64,000 nucleotides of DNA from assembly GCA_000746765.1 (NCBI GenBank), contig JOSY01000006.1:21603-85602 (forward strand), written 5' to 3'. Under the pieces are notes generated by a model that was not told where the DNA came from, did no database searches, and was given only the letters and a program-made list of their open reading frames with translations. The stretch comes from Marine Group I thaumarchaeote SCGC AAA799-D11 (GTDB lineage: Archaea > Thermoproteota > Nitrososphaeria > Nitrososphaerales > Nitrosopumilaceae). A program made the position numbers and the translations under genes. Positions 49,007-59,213 of this stretch are shown piece by piece (position 1 is the first letter of the stretch; every line of letters begins with the position of its first letter).

Positions 49007-49849
49007 TTATCCATAGGATTCAAATTTGATACCAAAACTTCCATCTGGCTTCTTTTCATGTTCTGTAACAAAGCCCTGAGGTCCTAGAGAATCAATTACA
49101 CCATCAATGGTTCCTTGATAACCACAAATGTAGATGATTGTATTTTCAGGAGTAATCTTTTCACCTACCATTTCTTCTACAGGTGATAATCCTGTCTTTT
49201 TGTCAGGCTTAAAAAATGATTCAACTCTGCCTGTATGACCATTCCATGATCTATTGAAAAATTCTTTTGGTCTACTAATAGCTGCTCTATATCTAAAATT
49301 CCATTGATCTCTTCCTCTTCTTTCACTTTCCAATTCCAAATCGGTAAAGAGACGTTTGTAGCTTAATTCATCAACGTAACTTGCACCGTGCAAAACAATT
49401 ATTTCTCTTTTATCATTAATATCGTGGAAGTGTTTTGCAAATGCAACAAATGGTGCAATACCTGTTCCGCCACCAACACAAATCACTCTTCTTTTATCTT
49501 CTTGTCCATTTGGAAGTACATCGCTAATTTGTAATGCTGTTCCAGTAGGATCTCCTAACCAAACTTCATCACCAACACTTGCATAGAATAATTCTGTAGT
49601 AACTCTACCTGGAAGTGGTTTTCTTACCCACCTAATTACAAATTCAAAATAATCTCTATTTTCCGCATGCGATGCAATTGAATATGCTCTTCTAACAATC
49701 TTTTTTTCTGCTGGTATTGGAACTCCTATTGTCAAAAATTGTCCTGTCTTGTATTCTGGCATTCCTCCTTCTGGAACTAATCTGATAATTACAAGATCTT
49801 CTTTTAATAATTCTCTATAAATGACCTTGGCCTTTGTCTCACTAACCAT
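49007..49849 (-). CDS. Ferredoxin--NADP(+) reductase, second paralog
   Basis: RAYSIAS, GGGTGIAPF, YICG, ESYG; closely similar to 24429-25274. Confidence 0.9.
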   Translation of the reverse strand: MVSETKAKVIYRELLKEDLVIIRLVPEGGMPEYKTGQFLTIGVPIPAEKKIVRRAYSIASHAENRDYFEFVIRWVRKPLPGRVTTELFYASVGDEVWLGDPTGTALQISDVLPNGQEDKRRVICVGGGTGIAPFVAFAKHFHDINDKREIIVLHGASYVDELSYKRLFTDLELESERRGRDQWNFRYRAAISRPKEFFNRSWNGHTGRVESFFKPDKKTGLSPVEEMVGEKITPENTIIYICGYQGTIDGVIDSLGPQGFVTEHEKKPDGSFGIKFESYG

Positions 49850-49934
49850 ACCACAAGTTTTTTCGCTACTTTGGATAAATATATTTCTGTTAAACTTGAT
49901 GAAAAAATTAATTTCTTAACGAAAATTCTATATT

Positions 49935-50735
49935 TTATTCATTGATCTGTGACGTTATCTCATCAAGAATTTTCTGATTTGCAGCTGCAATAAAAGAAAC
50001 TCTTGTGTCATAACTTAGATCTGCATCTAATGGATTCAAATCTGCATCTACCAGTAATCCTCCAGCTTCTTTGACAATCAAATAACCTGCTGCAATATCT
50101 TGAATTCTGATTTTGTCTCGTAAATCAATGAAAATATCCATTAGTCCCCTTGCAAATAATGCCATTTCAAGAGCATTAGCACCAAAATGTCTTGTGTGAT
50201 TATGGTTTTCAAATATTGGATGTAACTTCTTCATCAGTTCTGTTGATGCTCCTGATGTATTGATTCCCACAATTTTGTAAATTGGATCTTTGTTATGTAC
50301 ATTCATTTGTTCTTGGTTGAAAAATGAACCCTTGTTTTTTGATGCCCAATACATTTCACCATTATGTAGATTTGTGATAACTCCATCTGTTATCGAACTA
50401 AGTTTGTTTTCTGTTGCAAAAGCTAATGAACTACAAAAGAAAGGAACTCCTCTTACTGCATTTGCAGAACCATCAATTGCATCCATTATGACAAATCCTT
50501 TTGGTTCTTTTGATAATTCTACTCTACCACACTCTTCACCTAAAACTATGCATGGAAAATTAATTTCCTTTAAAAAATCGAGAACTGTTTTTTCAGCAAT
50601 AATGTCTATGTTTCTTGAAATATCTCCGCCTGCCCCTCTTCCAAAATCTCCTGCGGCATGTTCAGTCCCTGCAAGATCTTTTACATTTTCATAAATCTTG
50701 TTTGAAACTTCACGAAGAATTTCAATTACTTCCAT
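49935..50735 (-). CDS. Inositol monophosphatase / FBPase family (SuhB-like)
   Basis: GEE, DAIDGSAN, DIAAG.LIVKEAGG. Confidence 0.9.
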   Translation of the reverse strand: MEVIEILREVSNKIYENVKDLAGTEHAAGDFGRGAGGDISRNIDIIAEKTVLDFLKEINFPCIVLGEECGRVELSKEPKGFVIMDAIDGSANAVRGVPFFCSSLAFATENKLSSITDGVITNLHNGEMYWASKNKGSFFNQEQMNVHNKDPIYKIVGINTSGASTELMKKLHPIFENHNHTRHFGANALEMALFARGLMDIFIDLRDKIRIQDIAAGYLIVKEAGGLLVDADLNPLDADLSYDTRVSFIAAANQKILDEITSQINE

Positions 50736-50817
50736 AACAAAATATACTTGATTCGTAATTTAAGTGAAGAAAATATTTGTCTTGAAAGCATAAATAACAA
50801 TACAGGAGCTAAAGTTT

Positions 50818-51933
50818 GTGAGTGGTAAAGATCAGTCTGTTGTAAGCAAAGAAGCTTTGATGAGCACTAAACCTGGAAAACAAATTATGAAACAAGGTTT
50901 GTTCAAGTCAAAAGGTTACAAATTATTCAACAAATACAAAGAAGAGACAGAAAATGAATTTCCAAATTTTGCAGAACGATTTGCACAAGGTCTTCTTAAT
51001 GAAATTAAATCTGATAACGACCCAAACTCTACACAACAAGCATTTGCTGATGAAGTTGGATCTACTGAAATTATTCTGAATGCTTCTGAAATTGAGCCTA
51101 TAAAATCAAAATTAGAAAGCCCTGATCTTCTAAAAGATAGAGTACTTCGAATTTTGAATTCTAATTTTGTAAAAATGACATTTCCTGTTTTCAACGCTCT
51201 TTTTGATGGCGCTGCAGAATACACTGGTAAAAATGATCCTCAACTTAGGCAAGATATGGTTGAAGGTCATATTTTGGCAATTGATCTTAGTGAACCAATG
51301 GATAGAATTGTAGACAAAGATGAAGACTTAGAATATCTTGATGATTACAAACTAATGAATCCCTATATTTTGAAATTAGCTCGTGATAAAATTTCTAAAG
51401 GTGGAGATGAAGTTCTCAAAGAATTTGAAGAAGGGTTCAAAGATGCAAGAGTTGGACAATATCTTGATGAGAAATTAAAATCAAAACCCACAAAAATTAC
51501 TGAAGAAGAAATGACACTTTCTTATAAAAAATATCGTGCAGTTATGGGAACTGCAGGAAGAAACATGGCGTTAGCTGAAAGACCTCTTGGAGAAATTTTC
51601 TATTTGGGAATGGCAAGAGCTGCTGAAGGTGTCGGTTGTGGAAATGAAATTGAAGACTCTATTAAAAATGGGTTTGTAAAAATACCTTCATGGCCACTTT
51701 ACTATTCATTATTAGCAAATGATGTCAAAAAAGGATTTGAGATAACTTTGGAAAAAAGTAATTTGTATCTTCAAGATGCAAGACTTGCAATTGAATTACT
51801 TCCTGATGGCTTTTCTCACAAAGAATTCTTAGAATTTTTGTTTTTGACAGTAGATCATTACAACCAATATTGGTATAATCAATTGCAAAAGGCCAACAAA
51901 TGGTCTGAATTTGAATCAAAACTTCCTCAGTGA
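50818..51933 (+). CDS. Hypothetical protein
   Basis: 371-aa ORF with typical codon usage, coupled to rfcL; no motif recognised. Confidence 0.75.
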   Translation: MSGKDQSVVSKEALMSTKPGKQIMKQGLFKSKGYKLFNKYKEETENEFPNFAERFAQGLLNEIKSDNDPNSTQQAFADEVGSTEIILNASEIEPIKSKLESPDLLKDRVLRILNSNFVKMTFPVFNALFDGAAEYTGKNDPQLRQDMVEGHILAIDLSEPMDRIVDKDEDLEYLDDYKLMNPYILKLARDKISKGGDEVLKEFEEGFKDARVGQYLDEKLKSKPTKITEEEMTLSYKKYRAVMGTAGRNMALAERPLGEIFYLGMARAAEGVGCGNEIEDSIKNGFVKIPSWPLYYSLLANDVKKGFEITLEKSNLYLQDARLAIELLPDGFSHKEFLEFLFLTVDHYNQYWYNQLQKANKWSEFESKLPQ

Positions 51934-53099
51934 TTACCTTGATGTGGTCTGAAAAATATCGGCCTCAGAATATTTCTGATATGGTTGGAAATGAAGATTC
52001 ACGTGCTGCAATAATGGAGTGGTTTGCAAAGTGGAAAAAAGGCACGAAACCTCTACTTTTGGTTGGTCCTCCTGGGATAGGAAAAACTACTATGGCATTT
52101 CTTGTAGCCAAGCAATTTGGCTATGATATGATTGGACTTAATGCAAGTGATGTTAGAAGTAAATCTAGAATTAATGAGATTCTTACTCCTGTATTGGGGA
52201 ATGTAAGCGTTCTTGGTACTCCAATGATATTTGTTGATGAAGTAGATGGAATTCATGGTCGTGGAGACTATGGTGGTGTTGCCGCACTTGTTGATATTCT
52301 AAAAGAACCAACTGTTCCAATTATTCTTGCTGCAAATGATGATACTTCTGATAAAATGAAAAATATCAAAAAAGTTGTTAAAACAATTTCTTTTAAAAAA
52401 ATTCCTCCACGCCTTCTTCGAGTTTATCTAGGAAATATTTTAAAAAAAGAAAGTGCAAAACTTAGTCCTGGTTCATTAATCAAAGTAATCGATAAATCTA
52501 GAGGTGATATTCGTTCAATGATCAATTTAACACAATCAATGGTCACTGGATTCAATCCTCAAACTGAAACAACATTTGAAAATATTGATGTTGAGGATGG
52601 AATTAATGCATTTTTTAAATCAAAATCTGTTGAAGAAGCTAGAAGTGTTTTGTATTCTATGCAAATTGATCCTAGAGAAAAAATTAATGCATTTTATTCT
52701 AGTATAGTTACAAGTAATTTAGACGCAGATACGTTTGCAAAATATTTAGAAATAATTTCTGAGGCTGACATGCTTTATGGAAAAATTGTCAGAACACAAA
52801 ATTGGAGATTATTAAGATATATTAATGATATTTTGATTAAACTTTATCAAAATGATGATAGAATTAGATATACACAATACAATCTTTCATGGCCTCTGTT
52901 AAACAGGATTCGTTGGGATGGCGCAAAAATAAAATCACTTTCCTCTATTATGGCAAAAAAATTACATTTGTCTTCTAGTGCATTTGTTACATTTGGATTA
53001 CCTTTTGTTTTATTTTGTATAAAAAATAAAACATTAGAATTAGAACTAGAAGAAACGTTTGGAGATATTATTGATAAGGAGATCAAATTGATACAATGA
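51930..53099 (+). CDS. rfcL: Replication factor C large subunit
   Basis: WSEKYRP, GPPGIGKTT, LNASDVR, DEVDG, GDIRS. Confidence 0.88.
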   Translation: MITLMWSEKYRPQNISDMVGNEDSRAAIMEWFAKWKKGTKPLLLVGPPGIGKTTMAFLVAKQFGYDMIGLNASDVRSKSRINEILTPVLGNVSVLGTPMIFVDEVDGIHGRGDYGGVAALVDILKEPTVPIILAANDDTSDKMKNIKKVVKTISFKKIPPRLLRVYLGNILKKESAKLSPGSLIKVIDKSRGDIRSMINLTQSMVTGFNPQTETTFENIDVEDGINAFFKSKSVEEARSVLYSMQIDPREKINAFYSSIVTSNLDADTFAKYLEIISEADMLYGKIVRTQNWRLLRYINDILIKLYQNDDRIRYTQYNLSWPLLNRIRWDGAKIKSLSSIMAKKLHLSSSAFVTFGLPFVLFCIKNKTLELELEETFGDIIDKEIKLIQ

Positions 53100-53407
53100 G
53101 TTGGAGAAAAATTCCCATGAAATTCCCGGGAACCTGTATTGTTTGTAATGAAAAAATTGAGATAAATGAAATTGGTTTATGGGCAAAAGGACTTGGGGTT
53201 AAACATGAAAAATGTGCTGAAGTTAATGAATTACAGTGTATTGTATGTGGCGGCCCAGCTGGATGTCAACAATGTGAATTTCAGGAAATCTGTGATATTG
53301 CAAATGTTTCTCAATTTTGTATATGTAAAAACTGCAGTGAGCAAAATGATGCCTTTGCCTCCTATCAAAAAGCAACTAACAAAAAATTTCCAATTATTAA
53401 CTCATAA
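53096..53407 (+). CDS. Cys-rich putative zinc-binding protein
   Basis: CIVC...H..C...CIVCG...C..C....C...C.C..C; ATGA coupling to rfcL. Confidence 0.75.
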   Translation: MSWRKIPMKFPGTCIVCNEKIEINEIGLWAKGLGVKHEKCAEVNELQCIVCGGPAGCQQCEFQEICDIANVSQFCICKNCSEQNDAFASYQKATNKKFPIINS

Positions 53408-53513
53408 TTCTTTAAAATTCTCTATATTCTACTTGTTATTTTCTAAAAAAATTCAATACAAATTTCTTCAAACTAAATTAATATAGGAAATCGTTTTGGA
53501 CTAGATCACTATC

Positions 53514-55061
53514 ATGCATTCAGAAAAACTTGAAGACTATGGTAACAAACACAAAACTTCTCAACAAGCTGGTGGTCAGGATAGAATCAAAGCTCAGCAT
53601 GATAAAGGCAAATTAACTGCACGAGAGAGAATTGATCTTCTGTTAGATGAAGGTAGTTTTACCGAAATAGATCCAATGGTAACTCATCATTATCATGAGT
53701 ATGACATGCAGAAAAAAAAATTCTTTACTGATGGTGTAGTTGGCGGTTATGGAACAGTTAATGGTAGACAAATCTTCGTATTTGCTTATGATTTCACAGT
53801 ATTAGGTGGAACTTTAAGCCAAATGGGGGCAAAAAAAATTACTAAATTAATGGATCATGCAGTTAGAACTGGATGTCCAGTTATCGGAATTATGGATTCT
53901 GGTGGTGCAAGAATTCAAGAAGGAATTATGAGTCTTGATGGATTTGCAGATATTTTTTATCATAATCAGTTAGCTTCGGGAGTTGTTCCTCAAATTACAG
54001 CAAGTATTGGTCCTTCTGCAGGAGGTTCAGTATATTCTCCTGCAATGACAGACTTTGTTATTATGGTTGAAAAAGCTGGTACTATGTTTGTAACTGGTCC
54101 TGATGTTGTAAAGACAGTATTGGGCGAAGAAATTTCATTTGATGAACTTGGTGGAGCAATGACACATGGTTCAAAAAGTGGAGTTGCACATTTTGTTGCA
54201 CAAAATGAATACGAGTGTATGGATTACATCAAGAAACTAATCTCATTCCTTCCACAAAATAATTCAGAAGAACCACCAAAAATAAAAACTGATGATGATC
54301 CAAATAGATTAGATCATAATCTCATTAATATTATTCCAGAAAATCCTCTCCAACCTTATGATATGAAAGAAATCATCAACTCTATTGTTGATAATCATGA
54401 ATTCTTTGAAGTTCATGAGTTGTTTGCACCAAATGTTATTGTTGGATATGGTAGAATGGATGGACAGGTAGTAGGAATTATTGCAAATAACCCAATGCAT
54501 CTTGCAGGTGCACTTGATATTGACTCATCAAACAAAGCAGCACGTTTCATTAGATTCTGTGATGCATTTAACATCCCCATTATCACTTTGGTAGATACTC
54601 CAGGTTACATGCCAGGTTCTAACCAAGAACATAATGGTATCATTAGACATGGAAGTAAATTGCTCTATGCATATTGTGAGGCAACTGTTCCAAGAATCAC
54701 ACTTGTAATTGGAAAAGCATACGGTGGGGCATACATTGCAATGGGAAGCAAAAATCTTAGAACTGATATGAATTATGCATGGCCAACTGCACGTTGTGCT
54801 GTATTGGGTGGTGAAGCTGCTGTAAAAATCATGAACAGAAAAGAGTTGGCAGAAGCCAAAGATGCTGAAGCACTAAAGAAACAATTAATCGATGAGTTTA
54901 CAGAAAAATTTGAAAATCCTTACGTTGCTGCGTCTCATGGAACAGTTGATAATGTGATTGATCCTGCAGAAACAAGACCTATGTTAATTAAAGCACTCAA
55001 AATGCTTGCAAACAAAAGAGAAAAACAACTTCCTAGAAAACATGGAAATATCAACTTGTGA
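53514..55061 (+). CDS. pccB: Acetyl-/propionyl-CoA carboxylase, carboxyltransferase subunit
   Basis: GKLTARERI, DSGGARIQEG, VDTPG, KAYGGAY, RKHGNI. Confidence 0.92.
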   Translation: MHSEKLEDYGNKHKTSQQAGGQDRIKAQHDKGKLTARERIDLLLDEGSFTEIDPMVTHHYHEYDMQKKKFFTDGVVGGYGTVNGRQIFVFAYDFTVLGGTLSQMGAKKITKLMDHAVRTGCPVIGIMDSGGARIQEGIMSLDGFADIFYHNQLASGVVPQITASIGPSAGGSVYSPAMTDFVIMVEKAGTMFVTGPDVVKTVLGEEISFDELGGAMTHGSKSGVAHFVAQNEYECMDYIKKLISFLPQNNSEEPPKIKTDDDPNRLDHNLINIIPENPLQPYDMKEIINSIVDNHEFFEVHELFAPNVIVGYGRMDGQVVGIIANNPMHLAGALDIDSSNKAARFIRFCDAFNIPIITLVDTPGYMPGSNQEHNGIIRHGSKLLYAYCEATVPRITLVIGKAYGGAYIAMGSKNLRTDMNYAWPTARCAVLGGEAAVKIMNRKELAEAKDAEALKKQLIDEFTEKFENPYVAASHGTVDNVIDPAETRPMLIKALKMLANKREKQLPRKHGNINL

Positions 55062-55066
55062 TTAAA

Positions 55067-56554
55067 ATGATTGAGAAAGTACTTATCGCAAACAGAGGAG
55101 AAATTGCTCTTAGAGTAATTAGAACATGTAATGCGTTAGGCATCAAAACTGTTGCAGTTTATTCTGATGAAGATTACAACTCTTTACATGTAAAAAAAGC
55201 TGATGAATCTTATCATATTGGAGAGGCTGCTCCTGCAAAATCTTATCTTAATCAAGAAAAAATTCTTGAAGTGATGCTGTCATCTGGTGCAAATGCTGTA
55301 CATCCAGGTTATGGCTTCCTTTCTGAAAATGATGACTTTGCAAGATTATGTGAAAAAAATAAAATTACTTTCATTGGTCCATCTGCTGACTCTATGAATC
55401 TATGTGGTGATAAGATGGAATGTAAAGCTGCAATGTTAAAAGCTAAAGTTCCAACAGTACCTGGAAGTCCAGGATTGGTAGATACTGCAGAAGAAGCAGA
55501 AAAAATTGCAAATGAAATTGGTTACCCTGTACTCTTGAAATCAGTTTATGGTGGTGGAGGTCGTGGAATTAGATTAGTAACTAATGATAAAGAACTACGA
55601 GAAGGTTTTGAAACTGTAACTTCTGAATCTATTGCTGCTGTAGGCAAATCTGCAATTATTGTTGAAAAATTCCTTGAAAAAACAAGACACATTGAATATC
55701 AAATGTGTAGAGATCATCATGGTAATGCTGTACATCTCTTTGAGAGAGAATGTTCTATCCAGAGAAGAAATCAGAAATTGATTGAACAAACTCCATCGCC
55801 TGTTGTAGATGATGCAAAAAGAGAAGAAATTGGTGAATTAGTTGTTAAAGCCGCAGAAGCAGTTGATTACACAAACCTTGGTACTGCTGAATTCCTTAGA
55901 GCAGATAATGGTGAATTTTACTTTATTGAGATTAACGCAAGACTTCAAGTAGAACACCCAATCAGTGAAATGGTTTCAGGATTAGACTTTGTCAAGTTAC
56001 AAATTGATATTGCAAATGGTGAACCACTTCCATTCAAACAAAAAGATCTAAAGATGAATGGTTATGCCATCGAATGTAGAATTAACGCTGAAGATACATT
56101 TTTGGACTTTGCACCTTCAACTGGACCCGTTCCAGATGTAACAATTCCTGCAGGTCCAAATGTTAGATGTGATACTTACCTATATCCTGGATGTACAGTA
56201 TCGCCATTTTACGATTCATTAATGGCAAAACTTTGTACATGGGGACCAACATTTGAAGAGTCTAGAACTAGAATGCTTACTGCATTAAATGACATGTATG
56301 TTCAAGGTGTTGAAACATCTATTCCACTTTACAAAACAATTCTAAACTCTGATGAATACAAAAATGGTGAATTGTCAACAGACTTTTTGAAACGTTATGG
56401 TATGATTGATAGATTAACTGAAGATCTTAAGAAAGAAAAAGAAGACAAGAGTGAAGCTGCTTTGGCTGCAGCCATCATCCATTCTGAATACTTTAAGAGC
56501 AGAGTTCAAAATGATAACACAAGTAGCACAACTTGGAAAAATAAATTGGATTGA
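55067..56554 (+). CDS. accC: Biotin carboxylase subunit
   Basis: ANRGEIA, HPGYGFLSEN, GGGGRG, RECSIQRRNQK, RLQVEH. Confidence 0.95.
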   Translation: MIEKVLIANRGEIALRVIRTCNALGIKTVAVYSDEDYNSLHVKKADESYHIGEAAPAKSYLNQEKILEVMLSSGANAVHPGYGFLSENDDFARLCEKNKITFIGPSADSMNLCGDKMECKAAMLKAKVPTVPGSPGLVDTAEEAEKIANEIGYPVLLKSVYGGGGRGIRLVTNDKELREGFETVTSESIAAVGKSAIIVEKFLEKTRHIEYQMCRDHHGNAVHLFERECSIQRRNQKLIEQTPSPVVDDAKREEIGELVVKAAEAVDYTNLGTAEFLRADNGEFYFIEINARLQVEHPISEMVSGLDFVKLQIDIANGEPLPFKQKDLKMNGYAIECRINAEDTFLDFAPSTGPVPDVTIPAGPNVRCDTYLYPGCTVSPFYDSLMAKLCTWGPTFEESRTRMLTALNDMYVQGVETSIPLYKTILNSDEYKNGELSTDFLKRYGMIDRLTEDLKKEKEDKSEAALAAAIIHSEYFKSRVQNDNTSSTTWKNKLD

Positions 56555-56560
56555 TGAATA

Positions 56561-57073
56561 ATGAACTATAAAATATCTGATGTAGAAAAATCATTTGAAG
56601 GAAAAATTGTTGAAAACTTAGGTAACAATGATTATGTAATTAAGATTAATGACAAAGAACATCAACTAAAAATTCTTAGCATGGATGCAAAAGGAATAGA
56701 ATTCATTTTAGATCAACAATATCATAAAGCAAAATATCTTGAGACTTTAACAAACGAAATGAATCTTGTAATTGATCATGTTCCAGTTACACTAAACATG
56801 AACACACACTTTGATGATGTTGTTTACAAAAATTCTGGAGGTGGTGGATCTGGCGGTGCGCAATTGGCACTCAAAAGCCAAATTCCAGGAAAAGTTGTAT
56901 CAATTGCAGTTGCTGAAGGTGATTCAGTTAAGAAAGGTGATGTTGTATGTACCCTTGAATCAATGAAGATGCAAGTTGCAGTAAAAGCACACAAAGATGG
57001 TGCTGTTAAAAATCTCAAAATCAAAGAAGGTTCAACTGTCGCAAAAGGCGATGTTATTACAGATTTAGAATAA
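56561..57073 (+). CDS. accB: Biotin carboxyl carrier protein
   Basis: LESMKM biotinylation motif. Confidence 0.93.
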   Translation: MNYKISDVEKSFEGKIVENLGNNDYVIKINDKEHQLKILSMDAKGIEFILDQQYHKAKYLETLTNEMNLVIDHVPVTLNMNTHFDDVVYKNSGGGGSGGAQLALKSQIPGKVVSIAVAEGDSVKKGDVVCTLESMKMQVAVKAHKDGAVKNLKIKEGSTVAKGDVITDLE

Positions 57074-57088
57074 AAAAGAAATTTTTTC

Positions 57089-57553
57089 CTACTTGAGGAA
57101 ATTTTTAATCTCTTCGTAATTTGGTTCTTTTAATGGATCTTCTGAAACCCACTTGTAACCAATCTTTCCGTCTTCCGTAATTATGAATACAGAACGTTTT
57201 GCTGCGTTGTAGTCTTTAATGTGAAGCAAGTCTTTCATCAAAATGTCATAGTCACTAATTGTTTTACTGTTGTAATCTCCCAATAATGGAAAATTGAAGT
57301 TGTGTTTTTCTGCAAATGCTTTATTTGCAAAAGGACCATCGTTGCTAATTGCAACTATTTGTGCACCTGTATCTGCAATTTCTTGCCAAGAATCTCTAAG
57401 TGTACATAATTCTGTCTCACAGACAGGAGAACTTGCTGCCACAATGAATGTAAGTACGATCTTTTTTCCTTTGAATTCATCCAAAGTCCGCAATTTTAGT
57501 TCTGTATCTGGAAGCTCAAAATTTGGAGCAATATCTCCAACATTCAATGACAT
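57089..57553 (-). CDS. Peroxiredoxin (BCP/AhpE-like)
   Basis: GD.AP.F.L, SPVCETELC, FPLLGD, KRSVFII. Confidence 0.88.
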   Translation of the reverse strand: MSLNVGDIAPNFELPDTELKLRTLDEFKGKKIVLTFIVAASSPVCETELCTLRDSWQEIADTGAQIVAISNDGPFANKAFAEKHNFNFPLLGDYNSKTISDYDILMKDLLHIKDYNAAKRSVFIITEDGKIGYKWVSEDPLKEPNYEEIKNFLK

Positions 57554-57668
57554 GATCGCATTTTACTAATGTTCTATAAAGTAGTTTAGAAAAAAATATT
57601 TTTTTTCGATCGATACCCCAAAATCTGAAACATACCTTTTTATACAAAAATCAGGGTGAAAAGCTAAA

Positions 57669-58043
57669 TTGGTCGGGGAATTAGCGGGCAATTACAGTAC
57701 TGTGGTATTGATGTTTGCCTTTGGTATAGCAGCAATGGCGCCTGCATTGATTATTTCACGAATGGTTTCTCCCCGAAAACGCAGTAATCCTGTAAAATTT
57801 TTGCCGATGGAATGTGGTCAAGTTCCGTCTGGAGAAGGACGAACGCATTTTATGATGCAGTATTATCCGTACATTCTCATGTTCGTAGTTTTTGATGTAA
57901 TGGCAATTTTCTTATATGCATGGGGTAGTGCACTTTTGGAACTTCCAAAGAGTGCAACTTTACCAATGATGGGATTTTTAGCTATAATGTTTGGAGCAAT
58001 GGCATTTGCATTGTATCAATCAGGGAGACGAAGAATATGGTAG
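57669..58043 (+). CDS. nuoA: NADH-quinone oxidoreductase subunit A
   Basis: K..PMECG, YY...LMFVVFDV. Confidence 0.93.
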   Translation: MVGELAGNYSTVVLMFAFGIAAMAPALIISRMVSPRKRSNPVKFLPMECGQVPSGEGRTHFMMQYYPYILMFVVFDVMAIFLYAWGSALLELPKSATLPMMGFLAIMFGAMAFALYQSGRRRIW

Positions 58044-58083
58044 TTTTTTATACAAATCAAATTAACGGGGATAGGAGATAAGA

Positions 58084-58608
58084 TTGCTTAAAGACCTAGT
58101 AACACCAGAAAATGCAAATGTCTTTGTAGGAAAACTCGGAGATATTTTAGAAAAAGCAATCGACAAACCATTGGGCTACGCTATCAATTGGGGTAGAATT
58201 TGGTCACTCTGGCCTGTCCATATTGAAACAGCTTGTTGCAGTGTAGAATTTGGCGCAGCATCAAGTCCAAGATATGATGTTGAAAGATTTGGTATCATCG
58301 AAGCATTTGGATCACTTAGACAATGTGATCTAGTTGTTGTTCAAGGAACTATTACAAGAAAGATGGCACCACGTCTCAGATTAGTTTATGATCAAATGCC
58401 AGAACCAAAGTATGTAATTGCTATGGGAGCTTGTGCAATTACTGGAGGATTGTATTTTGATTCATACAATGTACTTCCGGGAATTGACGGAGTAATTCCA
58501 GTTGATGTCTATGTTCCGGGTTGCCCACCTAGACCTGAAACTCTCATACAAGGATGTATTTTGTTACAAGAGAAAATCAAGAGAATGAAGGCTAGGAAGT
58601 TTGTATAA
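58084..58608 (+). CDS. nuoB: NADH-quinone oxidoreductase subunit B
   Basis: ACCSVE, QMPEPKYVIAMGAC, PGCPPRPE. Confidence 0.96.
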   Translation: MLKDLVTPENANVFVGKLGDILEKAIDKPLGYAINWGRIWSLWPVHIETACCSVEFGAASSPRYDVERFGIIEAFGSLRQCDLVVVQGTITRKMAPRLRLVYDQMPEPKYVIAMGACAITGGLYFDSYNVLPGIDGVIPVDVYVPGCPPRPETLIQGCILLQEKIKRMKARKFV

Positions 58609-59213
58609 TGAGTAGTGATTCTGAAAAACCAGTAGCAAAGGCAAAACCTGAAGAGAAACCAACCCCACCTAAGCCTGCACCTAAACCTGCAGCAAAAGCT
58701 GAAGAAAAACCAGTAGAACTTCCTGCATTTGAAAAAGGCATTTCAGATAAACTGGTTGAAAAATTTGGAGATAAAATAGAAGTGGACTTTGTAAAAGAAG
58801 ACCGAATTGGAATTAAAACAAGTAAAGAAAATGTTCATGATGTAGCCCAATTCATTCGTGATGATTTGCATTATGATCATGCTGAATCTGTTACAGGCGT
58901 AGATTTTCCAGCAGATAATGAAATTGAGGTAGTTTATCACCTTGGTTCTTACACTGAATCCTCTCTTGCAAGACAAGTTCTTACTTTATCAACCCGTGCT
59001 CCTAGAGAATCCCACCCAATTCCAGGACAAGATTCTACAAAACTACCCAGTCTTCGAGATATTTTTTACAGTGTAGAATTTGGTGAGAGAGAAGTTTTTG
59101 AAATGTTAGGTGTTTACTTTGATGGTCATCCAGATAATAGACGATTACTTTTGCCTGAAGATTGGGCAGACTTACCACCACTTCGAAAGGACTTTGCAAT
59201 AAAGGGTAGATGA
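58608..59213 (+). CDS. nuoC: NADH-quinone oxidoreductase subunit C
   Basis: EREVFEMLGVYF.GHPD.RRLLLPEDW...PLRKDF. Confidence 0.94.
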   Translation: MSSDSEKPVAKAKPEEKPTPPKPAPKPAAKAEEKPVELPAFEKGISDKLVEKFGDKIEVDFVKEDRIGIKTSKENVHDVAQFIRDDLHYDHAESVTGVDFPADNEIEVVYHLGSYTESSLARQVLTLSTRAPRESHPIPGQDSTKLPSLRDIFYSVEFGEREVFEMLGVYFDGHPDNRRLLLPEDWADLPPLRKDFAIKGR

